NCBI RefSeq assembly: GCF_022539665.2
Contig: NC_081331.1
Location: 5,084,001-5,148,000 of the forward strand
Length of the DNA: 64,000 nt
DNA from: Daphnia carinata
Taxonomy: Eukaryota
Direction of reading: 5' to 3'
Every line of letters starts with the position of its first letter. Position 1 is the stretch's first letter. Shown here piece after piece: positions 14,485 through 33,697 of the stretch. The notes under the pieces were generated by a model. It did not search any database. It had not been told where the DNA came from and saw nothing but the letters and a program-made list of their open reading frames with translations. A program made the translations under genes and the position numbers.

Positions 14485-16064
14485 ATGGAGTCGGAAAACG
14501 GAATGAGGAAGCATCAGCCGGCAACAATCACGGTGTACCCACAGCATCAGCAAGTGATTACCACCGTCACAGTACATCCGAATGATCAACCACCAGTTTC
14601 AACTGAACCGGGTGTTACGTACGTTCAACTCAATCCAGGGCATTTCACTACCCTCGGTGGCATTTTAAAACTGATCCAAATCGTAAGTGGTTTCTACTTA
14701 TTTACCTACTATTTACGAGGTAAATGGCGTGCGTAAACGACATGTTGTTTTCTTCAATGAATTTGCGCGATGAGAAAATGAAGTAATAAAGGGGGAGGGT
14801 CGTTATTCTTGTAATTAACTACGCTGTCCCATTCTGCAAAAGATTTCACCATCCCAACGGCCACGGTCGAAACCTCCGATTGGATGCTATCTATGTAAGG
14901 CAATGCTGTTCTAGAAATTGTTGTTCGCATGACTGTTGATAAAGGAATCCAGCGAAAACGGGTTGGCTGATGTTAACAATAACACAGACGGAAAACTCTG
15001 TATCCCGAACCTCACATCCTCAATTTCTTTGCGTATACTTTCGCCAGAAGGAGGTTCTTTCATCTCCATGTTTGGGCTTGTCGAACGTGTATTGACCCAC
15101 TGACGAGGCGTTCTTGCCTTGTGCGGTATCAAACTTTCACTCGATTGGTTCGTGAGACCAAGGAAGGCAAGAAAAAGCAGCGGGCATTTCAAATAAGCAA
15201 AAAGGAGGCAACCGATTTAATTCTTATTTGGGTTTCACGCCCAAAATCGATTCAACGACCACCGCTGTCGTCATCCTCATCTCGTGACCCCTGATACGAG
15301 GTTTAACGATCGAGCAGTCGTTGTCAGAGAGCAAAATGTCTTATCTGTAGAAAAACATGGAACTTCTTATATACTGTTCTCCACCGGGAAATCAGCAAGG
15401 GGGCATAGTGATGTCGGTTAAGCGTGACTTTGACCTTTTTGACTGTTAATAGCTGATCTTGTATTTCTCTTTTTTAAACGAAAACAAAACGGCAGCTCTT
15501 TGCCGTTATTTGCATGTCATGCGCCTCACCAGCCTGGAAACCTGGAACTTCTTGGTAAAAAACTGATCCCTTATTTTTTTTATAAGCTTATCGGGATGTT
15601 GTGTAACATTTACTTGTATTCAGGTTTCTCTTTGTGGTCGTTATCTGTTTCATCTTGACACTGTTTTGGATTTTTGCTCATCTGTTGTCACTTGTCAACA
15701 GCCTCAAAATTGGCGCATCTTGGCTATCCATCGTACGGGCATTTGTTGATAATGTAATATTTTCACGGTCTTCTAGTGTTGACGTTTTTCTGTTTCGTAC
15801 AAACAGGAATATGGATACAACATAGTAGCATCTTTGCTCTACTTCACAGCTTTCATCGTCCAGCTGGCCGTCTGGGCTCCGGCTTCCAGCTATTTCACCA
15901 ATTCAAACGTCGCTGCTGGGGTAATGTACCATACGCTTCATGAATAAATAATTCGAAATGTTTAAATCGTTGTTGCCTTTTAGGTCTTCGCCCTGTTCAA
16001 CTTTGTCGTTTACGCTTGCGCCACTTTCCTCCTTCACAAGGAAGTGAAAAATCAACCGAAATAA
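14485..16064 (+). CDS. MARVEL-domain (CMTM/plasmolipin-like) tetraspan membrane protein 1
   Basis: Exons 14485-14682, 15496-15553, 15624-15732, 15807-15920 and 15984-16064 join in frame; LNPGHFTTLGGILKLIQI, SWFLFVVV, NVAAGVFALFN. Confidence 0.88.
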
Positions 16065-17589
16065 CTGTGACATCATTTGCCCCCTCTCATGTTGTTGCCA
16101 CACATACACACACATCACTCACGCAATTGTTCGATTAATGGTTATTTGTTTAAATATTATAACTATATTAGGCGTCATTGTCTCTTACAAATAAATGCTT
16201 CGTTTTTTTTCTTTTGAAAAATAAACTATTAAATGTTTGACTACTTCACGTTGTTGTTACAGACTTGATCAAATAGAACGTAGCATCTACTGCTAATAAT
16301 AAAAGCGCACGTCATGTGACTCGTGGGTCGAGTATTTAATTTGCTGCAAAGATACAGCGTATTGTTATCTCAATGTCAAATACGTAGTATGGTGCAGGAC
16401 TTGTATGTGTATCCTACGCGTGTCGTCGAGCAAAGGCAGCCGGATGTCGAGAAGATGACTCATGCTGAGAAGAGTGATAAGGTCGTTACACCGATTCGTT
16501 GTGGCTTCTCGAGAAAACAACGGCCACAATAAAATGAAAAATGAATAATCAAATGATAAGCGTCATACAGCGCATGCGCTTGCCGTCTCCAGGCTGGCGG
16601 CAGTAAAAGATGGAATAATGGGAAAGCTGGAGAGAGTGGGTCGCATGGATGAAAAAGGAGGTTTAACATAGAGGAGATGGAATGGATTGAGGGGTGGAAT
16701 AGCTGGGCATAAAACGAGTCAAACTTTCCTCCCAGTCACCTCCTTCAGTTTCGTTCATCCATTCGCCAAGCCCCTGCCTGTTCGTGTTGCCGATAGTCTG
16801 TGACCTACTTGGCGGCTTGGTGGTCGAAGAGACGCGCTCGCGCTCCCGCCACACACACGACAAACGCAGCTGCACACACGCACTCGTCCCCAAACAAGCT
16901 GTTGGCGAATTGAATCGGGCGTATTCACAGAAGTCTTACCTTTTGGATATTCATTAAACGGTAACACACTGTCTCATTGAGTTTGCTTACACATTAATTC
17001 CTAAATTCAATTGATCAACAACTGACTGTTGAGCTATGGTACGTTGTGCTGGAAGAGCGTGGATGTGTTAATTCAACATATGACAAAGGAAGTGTTTCGG
17101 AATGCCAGGAATGACGAGGTCACTTGGCCCGCTCTCAAACGGACGTGACAAATGTTCAAATTCGTCCCAATCGATGGTTTATAGTGTGGGCTTGCCTTAT
17201 TTGGCATGCAGAAAAGTTTCTTCTAAATGTTTCCATGTTTGCTTGTTGGGTTTTGCTGTTGGACTCTGTTGATGAGTGATGGGCCGCTCCCATCTGAAAC
17301 ATTGCCGCTTTGGGCGGAAAGCCAAGTTAGACACGATGAAATTTTCGTTTTGTTTTGACTGTTTACTCCACGTCAGATGCAAGAACTGCGATAGACATTT
17401 TTATGCACCGAAACGAAAATAAAAAGAAGGTGTGGCCCTCGATGTGGGTGCGGCCCGGAAGTTTTATCTGTTCTAAATGAACTTGAATCAAGTTTTAATC
17501 GTGATGTTGATTGATTATGTATTCAAAGTTGTGTTCAAGCGTTATTTCCTATTTTGTTCTTTTCCAATAACAGGGGATATTAAAACACC

Positions 17590-19060
17590 ATGTCGCACAA
17601 TGTGACAGTCACCCGTACGACGACCACCGTGACCACCACCTCGGCTATCCTGCTCAACACGGGCTATTTAAAGACGACGTCTGGAATCCTCAAAGTCTTG
17701 CAACTGGTGGGTTATGTCCGCTAAGCGTAGACACCATAGATTCGTTTTTTTTTTCAGTTCAGTTCCATGACCTTTTTGTTTTTGCCTTTGCCCCAATGTG
17801 CTTGTGTTGATGCTCGAAATAGCTTGCCTGCGCCAAATACGCTATTCATGTATACAACACAGATATAGCTCAAAGCCAAAAAATGTGGAAAAGAATGGTC
17901 ATTCAGCAAGAACGAGAACTATTCGAGAATCAATTGTAAAGTGATGTGATTCATGATTAATTTTTCTTAAAATATTCACAGATTTTGGGGTGCGTCATTG
18001 TTGGATTAGTCGGCCACTATTTCGTCCGAAGTAGCCCATTGTTTTTTACGGTGAGATTCAACCAAGTTTGTACGAATAATTCAATTTAGTGAAGACTCAC
18101 GATCGTGATTCATTTTCAATAGGCTGAACTATTTCTGCTATTGATCGCTACAACATGTTTGATCACGACGACTTGTCTTCTGGCCAGCTGCCTCCTCTCC
18201 ATTTCGACGGCCACCATTATTGCCAAAACCATGTTTGTAAGTTAATCTTTAAGCATTGTTCTTTCTCCCGTTGCGGACCAGACGATATTGTAGATGGGGT
18301 AAATTGGGGTCACTAGTTCACGTTTCTAAAGATGCGTGACGAATAAGACGCGACCGAAAGTTCACATTTCATTACATATCAAATGAATGGCCGTTTCTCA
18401 GGAACTAGTGTACCACGGGATCGTCTTCTGTCTATACCTGGCGTCGTCCGTCTACATGCTCGTTCAAGCGTCGCCCTATCAGAATTATCGAGATTCGAAA
18501 ATTAGCGCCATGATTGCGGCCGGGGTGAGTCTTTATTCGCCATTACTGATTGTTGCGTCTCTTTTCTTTTGTTTTTCTCGCGGGTCCTGGTCCTCCTCTC
18601 TCCTCCTCTTCATAACCCACTCAACTTCCCCTTACATCACCATTCCTCCTGGCTGCTGGATGTTCCTTCGGGGCTGGATGCGCTTTATCTAGGTCAGCAT
18701 GCTTCTCATTCCCGAAAGTGTCCTCTACCTCTGTGCCACTATAAACTACTTGGTGACCATAGTGTCTCGTAATGCCGGTTACTCTGTGGCGGAGTACGGC
18801 TACAACAATAAGATGTTCGCCGCGGTGAGTTAACACTATTAGCAGAATGAAATACTGACCACTTCCAAGCCCGACGCCTCATCTACACCATTCCCTAACC
18901 ATCTGTTCCCTTTTGGCGATGCAACCATCAGATTGACTGAAAAACGTTATCTAGCTTCTCAAGTGAATTACTATTTATTTTGCAGGCATTGGGTGCCATC
19001 AACACGGGCTTGTACTTCGTGAGTGCCCTCTTGGCTTTCCGCATTTACAGACGTTCATAA
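17590..19060 (+). CDS. MARVEL-domain protein 2 with two alternative fourth exons
   Basis: Exons 17590-17706, 17982-18050, 18123-18236, 4A 18402-18524 or 4B 18693-18824, and 18986-19060, all phase 0; LNTGYLKTTSGILKVLQL motif and four hydrophobic segments. Confidence 0.88.
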
Positions 19061-19600
19061 ACAACGCCCAAAGGAAACCACCGCGAGCTTGGAAAAGTGA
19101 ATATTAAAAATCTCAAACTTCTCTTTATACGTGTTCTAATTTATTGGAGTCGTGACATCACCGATGGTTGCTTTCTAGTTATTCATCCTGAACTCGTTGC
19201 TTAGAAAGGCTTGTCATTGATTCGTGCTACCATTTCGTCATTTTCAGGTGTTAAACAAATTGCGTGGTCTTATTAACTTGAGAAGTTGCTATACAAAGGC
19301 AGTGTTCAACAGCAAAGAGCTTGCGGTATTTTGTTCTTCTTATTTCACCTCAAACTACGAGAATGGTAAACGGTATTTAGAGGGTTTTAAGTTTAGCGGA
19401 CGAGATAGCAGGATTTTAGTTTAGAATTTCTATATAGTGTGGGATCTTTTTGGGCGAAAGGTGCTCTGGACGTCCATCTCCTGGTGCCCACTTACGTTTT
19501 GCAACACGTAAGTTCTGTTTAACTTGTTCTGTAGTCATTGTAGCCTAGGCATTAAAAAAATGAAATTATATTTTGACGGGTTGAAAGCGGTGAAACCAGG

Positions 19601-19641
19601 GCTTGGAACTGGGTCTTGGAACTGGTTCTTGAAACTGGTTT
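19601..19641. repeat. Short tandem repeat, ~3 x 13 bp (CTTGGAACTGGKT)
   Basis: gcttggaactgggtcttggaactggttcttgaaactggttt. Confidence 0.6.
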
Positions 19642-20615
19642 CTTTTTTTTTTTGTCATGCCCCGGCTCATTTTTTTTATCTATGGGTAAAACGGGATGGT
19701 CTGCAATGTGCACGAACCGCACCGAAAATCAAAATGACCCGGCATATGAATTGGCTATTGATTTTGAACCAAGTCTAATAAATGCCATCTAAGGTTTAGA
19801 ATGATGATTATATAATATTTATTTCATTATCTATTATTATTCATTTATTATATTATATTTCATATATTATGGGGTAGACCGAGACTATTAATCATTCTGT
19901 ACTTGAACAACAGTCGAATTGGGGGAGGAGAGGATAGCTTTTTGCGTTGTAGTGCATTAGATCTCCGCATGGTGCAGATCAATCGGAGGGAGCAGCCCGA
20001 GTAAGCTCTTAAAACTCTCGCTTGCAAAGGTGGACGGGAGGCGTGGCTTTCTTGTAAGGGTTTTAACATGGAGTAGTTAGACCATCCATTCTATGACTCT
20101 GACGGCGGTCTTGGAACATATGATTGTTCTCTTCCCTGGTGGTGCGACACGTGGAAGCTTCTTTCGTTACGATGTAAGTAAATTCATGGCTTGCGTCAGT
20201 TCACTAGCTCTTGTAGGCAATACCATCACTATCTTCTCGGTATCGTGATTTAGATAATACGCCCAAAAACTCAATTGCAATTTATGACATTCCTTCCTGT
20301 ATCAGCGGAATATCTGCATGACATTTTCCCGTTATTTCGTTGTCGATACCAGAATTGCATCAGCTAAAATATTGTGTTAAATACCACCGTTGCTCGTTAC
20401 TCATATTGTTTTCTTCCTTTCCTTGTAAAATTACCGATCCTTTTCGGTTTTGACAGCTTACAATTTTACCTGGTAGGTACACTAAAATCACAAAGACGTG
20501 ACAGCTGTTTCTGTTTTTGTTAAAGATCATTATATTTCTAGAACTTTAAACCCTAGGATACCAATATCTAATACGTTAAATTGCTTTTATTAGTTGTCTC
20601 ACAAATTGCTGCAAT

Positions 20616-25659
<5,044 letters not shown>

Positions 25660-25939
25660 TGGGCTGGACCCCCTAAACGCAGCTTGTCACTCAGGTCTGT
25701 CGTTGACCTTTAACCAACTGTGCCCTTTTTTTCACGTTGTTGGTTTCTTTTAGAGACGAAAGTGGTGTGTTATCTTATTGGCGAAAAAGCATTATCATTA
25801 AATCGTTGAGTCGTTCCTTCAGTGCTGATTAAGAGTGTAGTTTTTGTTTACCTTTGGTGCGAGGGTTATCGAAGTTGGAGATTAAATAAAAAGAACGAAT
25901 TATAGCAATGGTTCTTTTCAATGTTGTAATATTTTTACT

Positions 25940-27441
25940 TCATGGAGGTATCAAGGCAGCGGTGGTTTCATTTTCGCGTTGTTTTTCTACGTGATCATAT
26001 AGGCGAATCTGATCGCAGAGAGCACGAAAGAAACTCACCAGACATAGGATCGAGCTGATGACTCCGAATGCCTGTAATGTAAATAATAACTATAGGAGAT
26101 GATTAACTGCTTCCAGTCATTCCGATGGTTGAATCACAAAACAGAACGTTTGGCATGCTTTTGGTTTGGGAATGGGGACGATGCGGTGTCGGCTTTGAAG
26201 TATTCAATATTTTGTTCTGCTCATTCAGTTAACTCATATTTGCCGAATAATTTATTTTTGAAATTGTCCGCCTCGATGCAGTATCCAACATTACGTATAT
26301 GCTAATAGCTAAGTGGTAAATAGGATTAAACATGTATAGGACACTTTCGGGAGTGACAAGCATGCTGTTTTAGATAAAAGGACATCCAACCCCGGAGGAA
26401 CATCCGGCAGCCAGAAGGAATAGTAATGGGCGGAGAATTGATGGGTCATGAGGAGGAGGACAAGAACCCAAAAGGATTACTCAAAAAAGGGAGAAAAGAA
26501 AGACGCAACAGTCAGTAGTGACTGAAAGAAAGACTTACCCCAGCCGAAATCAGGGCCTTTATCTCCGGATCTCCGTAATTTTGATGGGAATATGTTTGCA
26601 CGAGCATGTATATAGATGACGGCAGGTAAAGACAGAACGTAATCAAATTGTAGGTGAATTCCTGGAAAAAAAAACATTCGTTTGATATATAATGAAATAT
26701 AATCTTCCCGACGCGTCTAATTCGTCATACACCTCCCGACACGTAATCCCGTGATGTTGATATATCTACATTAGCGTCTATTCAACAGTACTGTACAAGA
26801 AAGACAATGAAGGAATATTTACTCACAAAAATTGTCTTGGAAATAACTGTGGTCGCTGAAATAGAGAGGAGGCAAGTGATCAGGAGGCAAAAATTCATCA
26901 TCAAAGATACTGTAGCTATTAATAGCAAAAGTAGTTTGGCCTGTTGAACATACATCACAATTGTGAATCTTTACTGAGTTTCTGAACAAACTTGGCTGAA
27001 ACTTACTGTAAAAAACAATGGAGTACATGGATAAAAAAAGGATGCAACCAATCCAATGACAAGGAATCCCACAATCTGAAAATGTTTTAAGAAAAACAAA
27101 CTGGTAATAACATAATTTTACAAGTGATTCTCAAATGATTCTTGTTCTTGCTGAATGGCCATTCATTTTCCAGGTTTTTTTTGAGCTATGTGCAGTATTT
27201 GTAGTTTCAAATTAATAACATGTCTGGTGAAAAGAAGCTATATCAAACATCACCACAACAATTTTAGCGAAAAACAAACAAAAAGGTCATTGAAGCAAAC
27301 TGGAAAGGAAATCTATGGTATCTACACTTAGATGATACAACCCACCACTTGCAGGGCTTTGAGGATTCCATCAACCGTTTTTATATAGCCTGGGTAGAAT
27401 AGGATACTCGAGGTATTGTTCACAGAGGTATCATTTGACAT
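25940..27441 (-). CDS. MARVEL-domain protein 3, inverted paralog of MARVEL 2
   Basis: Exons 27441-27346, 27075-27007, 26940-26827, 26661-26539 and 26071-25940 have GT-AG ends and an open frame (MSNDTSV...YIKTVDGILKALQV / IVGFLVIG... / AKLLLLLIAT... / EFTYNLITFCLYL... / AFGVISS...). Exons 2-4 are the same length as in MARVEL 2. Confidence 0.85.
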
Positions 27442-28492
27442 GTCGTTATGTTTCTTTAGTACAGAGGAAAAAAAAATACAAAACTATGTTTGACAACCAA
27501 ATGAAAAGTGGTAGTAGCTTTGTATGCGACTGGTGCGTCTGCACCAGCTTCCCGGGTTGCCTAGCAATGCCTTACGCACGGATTTTCATGTTTTGTTTTT
27601 GAGTTGTTCGTTATTATTTTCTTTTGTTTGTTTGTTTTTATTTTTTATTTTTTATTTTTTTTTTTGACCAAATGAAAAGGCTACTGCCAACAAGTTGGCG
27701 ATTCCATGCGTCGTCTGCTTGCTTGAACACAAGTGCCTGTGGGAAGCTAAATTTTTTCGTAGGATTTCATGTCAAGTTGATGGTTTGTTTTTCAATAGAC
27801 TAAAACAAGATTTCACTAAGATCAACCGCATATACTGCTTGTGTATTGAAGCATGGAGCTTCTAACATTTTCGAGTGTGAACAGCCAGTCGCATCGCGAG
27901 TTACATAAGTGTTTATCTTCTGTGAACGGCGGAAAACAAATCAAACATTGGGCAAAAAAACAATAAAAAAATGGCCTGCACAGTAACTTATCATGGATAA
28001 TGCTACAGAAATTCTGCAGCTTGTGCAGAATTTGTTTGACCATTTGCAGATGGGTACAATTTCAAAGTGGAAAAACAATTGTGAGAAAAAATTACATCAG
28101 TCTATGAAGTGGGATTACCAGAATGGTCTGCTCATACTCAAGTTTGCACCGGTGGGGATAAGATCGCAAGGATACTGCCCAGTCAACGGTGGATACTGGA
28201 AATTCCGATCGCCTTTCTTCATCAATAATTCGGCATTATGGTAGGCGTCATATTGACATTTACAGTTTGTTTGTTTCGTTTACGCCTACAGTATAAATTT
28301 TTTATCGTCGAAATTTAAAAGTTCAGGTGCAGTCTTGCGTCATACGTAGATTAGATCATGTTGCTTGGGCGATAACCAATTGATAAAACGTCCATTTGAT
28401 AAAAAGAAACAATGGGGTTTAAATAACGAAGGTTTGGGTTCAGTAGATGAAAGATCTACGTCCTTTCATACCAGTAAACAACAGTTTAAAAA

Positions 28493-29606
28493 ATGAAGTC
28501 TACAATCTGTGTAATCCTTGCTGTTCATGGTAACTCTCATATTATTCTATTTGTGTTTCCAAATTTGAAGATACGATGTATTCACTTTAACAATAAAATA
28601 TGTCTACTGCAGGCATCATGGCATTCGTCACCGCGGAATCAGTTGTAAAGGTAAGATTTTCTAAAACCAATTTAAATTAAAGGTCTTGCTTGTTAGTACA
28701 CGCGGCAACATGTATGGTCTTTCTTGTTAATGTTTATAAGGCGGACGCAAGAGACATTGATTTGGGAGAATCCACTTATCAATGTCCGGACGGGCTTTTT
28801 GTGGCTCCGCACGAAACGCGATGTGAGTTGTACTACCTCTGTTCTGCTGGCGGTGTCCCAACTCACTTGTACCAATGCAGGGACGACTTATTGTTCGATC
28901 TCACTTATTACGGTACAGTTATCACATTTAAACGTTACGTAATCAACGACTCTTATGTCATGTCTCACAACATTTAGGATGCAATTTCAAGGAATTAACG
29001 GATTGTGGTGACCGTCTCTCGCCATTTACCTGCCCATCTCCCGATGGTTTTTTTCCCATCAAAGAAGGAGCATGCAGTTCCCAATACTACGTTTGCCTCA
29101 ACGGCGTCGCTGAATTAGAAGTATGAAAATGTGAACAACAGCCTGCATGAAAGAACCTGAACCATGTACCTTCTCGTGCGTTTTTTTTTTTTAATGTAGA
29201 CGTGTCCGACTGGAATCTTTGACGCGTCCTCATCGTCCTGTGTAGCAACATCCTGCGCAAGTAAGTTACCAATGAAAAGATATCCGATAGTGCTCTAGCA
29301 AAACAAATATTTTATTGCATGGCTTTTACAGCGACCACGACCCATGCAGTACCCACGGCACCAGGCTCGTTTGAGTGTCCAGCGCCAAATGGAAATTTTG
29401 CCAGTCCGTATTCTTGCTCGCAGTACTATGTGTGTGTCGACGGAACAGCTTTCCTTTACGTATGGATTGCTTTTATTATTGTATTTTTAATAATGAATAA
29501 TTAATATTAATTGCTTTTTTTTTTCTAGGAATGCCCTGCCGGACTTTACTATAATCCTGCCCTTAACATCTGCGACTGGCCCGCCAACGTTAACTGCAAC
29601 CTGTGA
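28493..29606 (+). CDS. Secreted protein with three chitin-binding peritrophin-A (CBM14) domains
   Basis: Signal peptide MKSTICVILAV. Three Cys-patterned repeats (CPDGLF..HETRCELYYLC, CPSPDGFFP...CSSQYYVC, CPAPNGNF..PYSCSQYYVC...CDWPANVNC). Confidence 0.88.
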
Positions 29607-30306
29607 ATTTGGGCGGAAAAGAGGATTCCAGACGTAAAGAAGCCACTAAGCCAGAAATTTTATTCTCGTTTCATTTAGAAAAGAAAATTTTTCATTATCT
29701 TTTTACTTACTAGGTTATGCTAATCATATCAATACAAACGTAATATAATGTCTAACAAATAACACATTAGTTACGTTGAAAGCATTACTGGATTTTAGTT
29801 TTCATTTCTTCTTGAATTCTCCGGATGGATCTTATTAATTTGTTTATTTGGAACTTTTATTTGTTTTCCCTGGTACTGGTATATAGTATCTGGTTCAAAT
29901 TTCAATAAATATTTCCCTCCTAAAACAGGAAATGAAGTTGATGGCAACCCTGTGTGTCTAGAAAAAAAAAAAGAAATTTTAATGCAAAATATTTACCTAC
30001 CGATTCGATTTGGACAATGTGCTTTCCAGCAGCCTAATGTGGCTTTAAGAACCATTGGGAGTCTGACCACACGTAGTTTCTCTCTCTCTTGACGTGGCCC
30101 GTGGCAATTTCGTAGTATCCTTCATTTAAAAAATAACCTGACCTTTGGTAGAACTCTTTTGCTGGTTTGATTGTTCATTCTTTTTAATCATTTACTTTCA
30201 TTTTAATTTCAACATTTATCGGTAAGACCATTAAAAAAACTATATTTTTGGTTATTGAATTATTGACTACAAATGGAACCTTATTCAGCTGAGTGAAGTA
30301 AAAAAA

Positions 30307-33300
30307 ATGAGTAAAGGCCTCAAGGAAGAAGTTAAAATAGTGGTGAATTCCTTGCTTATACCACATTCCAGAGGCCTTACACTGGACCAATTTCTAAAGG
30401 AGTATCACGATGTAGAAGCAAAACCATTTCCACACAGGTTAGAAAAAAAAACACACTTATTTTCTAATGCCATAATTATATTATTTTTCTACAGACAACT
30501 TGGATTTAACACTCCAGCAGATTTCTTGCGTTCTGTCCCTAAAGTTGTAAAGTGCACAACTTTAAGAAGTGGCCATATTCTTCTTCAAGGTAACATCATG
30601 ATGTTCCATTAATCATTTGGTAATCAAACTAACATGGATTGGCTTTACAGCTGTTGCAAATGAGAATGTTTCCCACATACAGGAGCTAGTTAAGGGCCAA
30701 AAAAGTAATCAGACTGCCAGTCTCAAAAACCTCAATCGGCTGCTTCAACAAAACAATCGCTATTACCCACCTTTTGTTAGGCAGTGCCCTCCTCCACCTA
30801 TTCAAATCAGTCAAAATACTATTGGAAGTGAATTCTCTGCATGTGCAAGGCCACCACCTTTCAGTGTGCCAAATCAGATGACCAGCAGGCCTCAGGCTTC
30901 ACAGGTAAAAAAAAAAAAAAATTCATATATTATATAGAAGTTGTTTTAATATTTCATCTTTCTCATCAGCATGTTGGCCAGACCTTTAGTTCTACTGAAG
31001 CAATCATTCCATCGTCTCACACATGTTCGAATGTGGAATATGAACGTCAGTTGGTCTCCGAGTTTGAAAAACTTCTTCTGGCCTATCCGAATGGAGTTAA
31101 CACGGCACACATATTTGCCCTGTATTCGAGCAGATACAAGAAAGAAGTAGACCTTCACCAAATTCAGCCTAATTTGAGCTCCATCAATTTCTTTAAGCGG
31201 CATGAACATGTATTTCGAATTTGGAAATGTTCAGAAAATGTCATGGTAGCCCTGGTAGGGCCATACCGTGTAGATACAAGCCAGTTGCCAAATGCAAATC
31301 AGCCACCTCTAGAAGAAAGGGGCAGCCTGACGGGTGCAATACCAAAGGGCCAATTTTCGAAGAATACGGAACATCCAAATTCGCAACCTCCTACACATGC
31401 AGTATATTCAATGTTCCAATCGCCGCCGAAAGCTGCACCTCCAATGTTTCAATCTCCAACCAAAGCAGTGCCCTTTCAGTTTAAAACTCCCCTAAAGGCC
31501 ACGGGCTTTTCAGCTGAAGACGTTAATCGTACAGCAAATAGTAATGCCTTTCAACCCAAGCTGTCTGCTACAGATATTCGCTTGCGTAACCCTGACGCCG
31601 GGGCATACCAAACAGTGACAACCGAATGGAATTCAGCAAAGCATTCGCCTGTAGCTCATTTGACTCCATCGAATATGATCCCTGGCAGTTGCCATGCACC
31701 TGCCGTCGCTGATGAAGCTCTACCAGTCACATTTGGTATTTCTACCCATGATACTTAATGTTTGAAATTTGATTATGTAGTGCTTCTCACATGTTTCTGC
31801 AGGTGTGCGTCGACCGAAAATTAATAACGTCTATGAACCGGATACAGAAATTACAAAACAGGCATTTCCATCGAACCTGGCCAGTTTCGACTATTTTTTT
31901 CTCATTGTTGCAGAAGTCTATTCTCCTGGCGAATTCTATTGGTTTCTGAGCGAAAATAGAAAACCTATAGAAGATCTGACGGATGATATGACGTGAAATA
32001 TTGAAATATTATCTAATGAAACTTAAATCTGTAATTTAATTTTCTATATTTAATATTCGTGTAGGTTGTTTTACGGTGCTACTTCTGATTATTTCATATT
32101 TCGTGGAGAAATGTACATCGGTCAACTAGTTGCTGCCATGTACACGGACAATCTGTGGTATCGAGCCCGTATTGTTGGATGCCACGAAGATATGTTCCAG
32201 GTTTTCTATGTAGATTATGGCAGCAAAAACTTAGTAAAGATCGAACGGTTACGCCACCTCCATTTGCGTTTCACGAAGTTACCACTGCAGGTACATTTCT
32301 ACATTATATTTTTCGTGTATTCCCTGCTAGAATTTTGTCCTGACTCCTTTAGGCGTTTCGTGGTCGAATTTTCGGCATTCGACCCTTGCCCACTGAGAAA
32401 AAATGGTCGTTTGAATCAGGCAAATGGTTTTTGGATCTTATCAAAGGTAATCCCTTTAATTTCTGAAGGTGTGACGGAGTGATCATGCATATTATTTGTA
32501 TTACTAGGTTGTAAAATTATCGCCGCTGCCAAAATGATTGAAGAAACCTTGGCTGTACCCCAATATGGCATTGATACAGTCTATTCATTAACCTTAGTCG
32601 ACACGACAAAAGAGAACGACGTTCACGTTAGCGACTATTTGATCGAAAATGGCTTTGCTGTTGCCTGTGAGGAAGAACAGAGAGCATTGGCTGCTGCCAC
32701 TCCTGCTGTTGAATGTTTGGATCTTACTCCTGCGCGTTCGCCAAGTCCAACTGGTACATTTCTTTCGTCTGCCACAACTTCGCTTGTACACCAGTTAGAG
32801 AACACATGCCTCTCATCTCGAGCAACGTCGCCACCTGTAAGTCCAGGACAGTTTAACTTTTCCTATCCTTCCATAGATGACATTATCGTACATGAGAAAA
32901 CTCTTGTGAAGACATGCACAGATCAAATCGAAAATCTTGCACTGGCGGAACAATCTCCGTATACCACATCTCTGTCTGCAGAACCAGAAAGGCAAACCTT
33001 TTTCTTTTATCTTGCGTGGTAATTTTCAATGTTTTTTTTTTCATTTAATTCATCTATCTGCTTGCAGGTCCGAACAATGTTATGTCAGTCAGCTAGGTAA
33101 ACGATTATACATGAATAAGTTTGAAGAGGTTATAGCGTACAAATTCATATTGATTTTTACCTCTATCAGTTTTGAAAGACGGACGAATACTGTACATAGT
33201 TGAAGATGATGGCGCGCTGTATCTTCCAAAGCCCGATATGTTGAAGTTGATACCCAATCTTGATCGGCAAATAGCAGCTCTCAAAGTGAGAGTCGACGTC

Positions 33301-33697
33301 AAAGTTGTCAATTTCCAGACGCAACCGCACATATTTAGCGATTGCGCAAAGTAAGATTACGTTCTAATGACATCCCATTAATTGAAAGTAGGCTTGCTGA
33401 AATAATAAAATTTATATATATTTTTTGCTTTATTCGATTTCGTTCACAGTGCTGGCGCACCTTGGATTATGAATGAGGAGGGCAATATGGTACCCCAACT
33501 CATTCTTTACTCATTACAACATGTTTCTCTCTTATTGTTTATATGTTCGGTAAAGGATAAGATGGTTTCTTCTGCCATAGAGGTAATTTTCTTTCTTTTT
33601 AAAAAATTATGTTCAAAACACTTTTATTATCTGACTAGTCTCTTAACGTTTTTTGCAGTCCAAACGAAAGGAATACAGCAATAAATGTGCATCATAG
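30307..33697 (+). CDS. TDRD5: LOTUS(OST-HTH)-Tudor protein, TDRD5/Tejas-like piRNA pathway factor
   Basis: N-terminal extended LOTUS (GLTLDQFLKEY...FPHRQLGF...FLRSVP...SHIQELVKGQK), second LOTUS-like segment (LLLAYPNGV), Tudor domain (VYSPGEFY...WYRARIV...VFYVDYG). The 3' exons are less certain. Confidence 0.8.

Noticed and set aside
19601..19641. CRISPR-like or regulatory array
   Set aside because: Simple head-to-tail 13-mers without spacers, in eukaryotic DNA
32991..33067. Possible GC-AG intron in the TDRD5-like gene
   Set aside because: An in-phase GT donor at 33019 also works (49-nt intron); cannot be decided without reads
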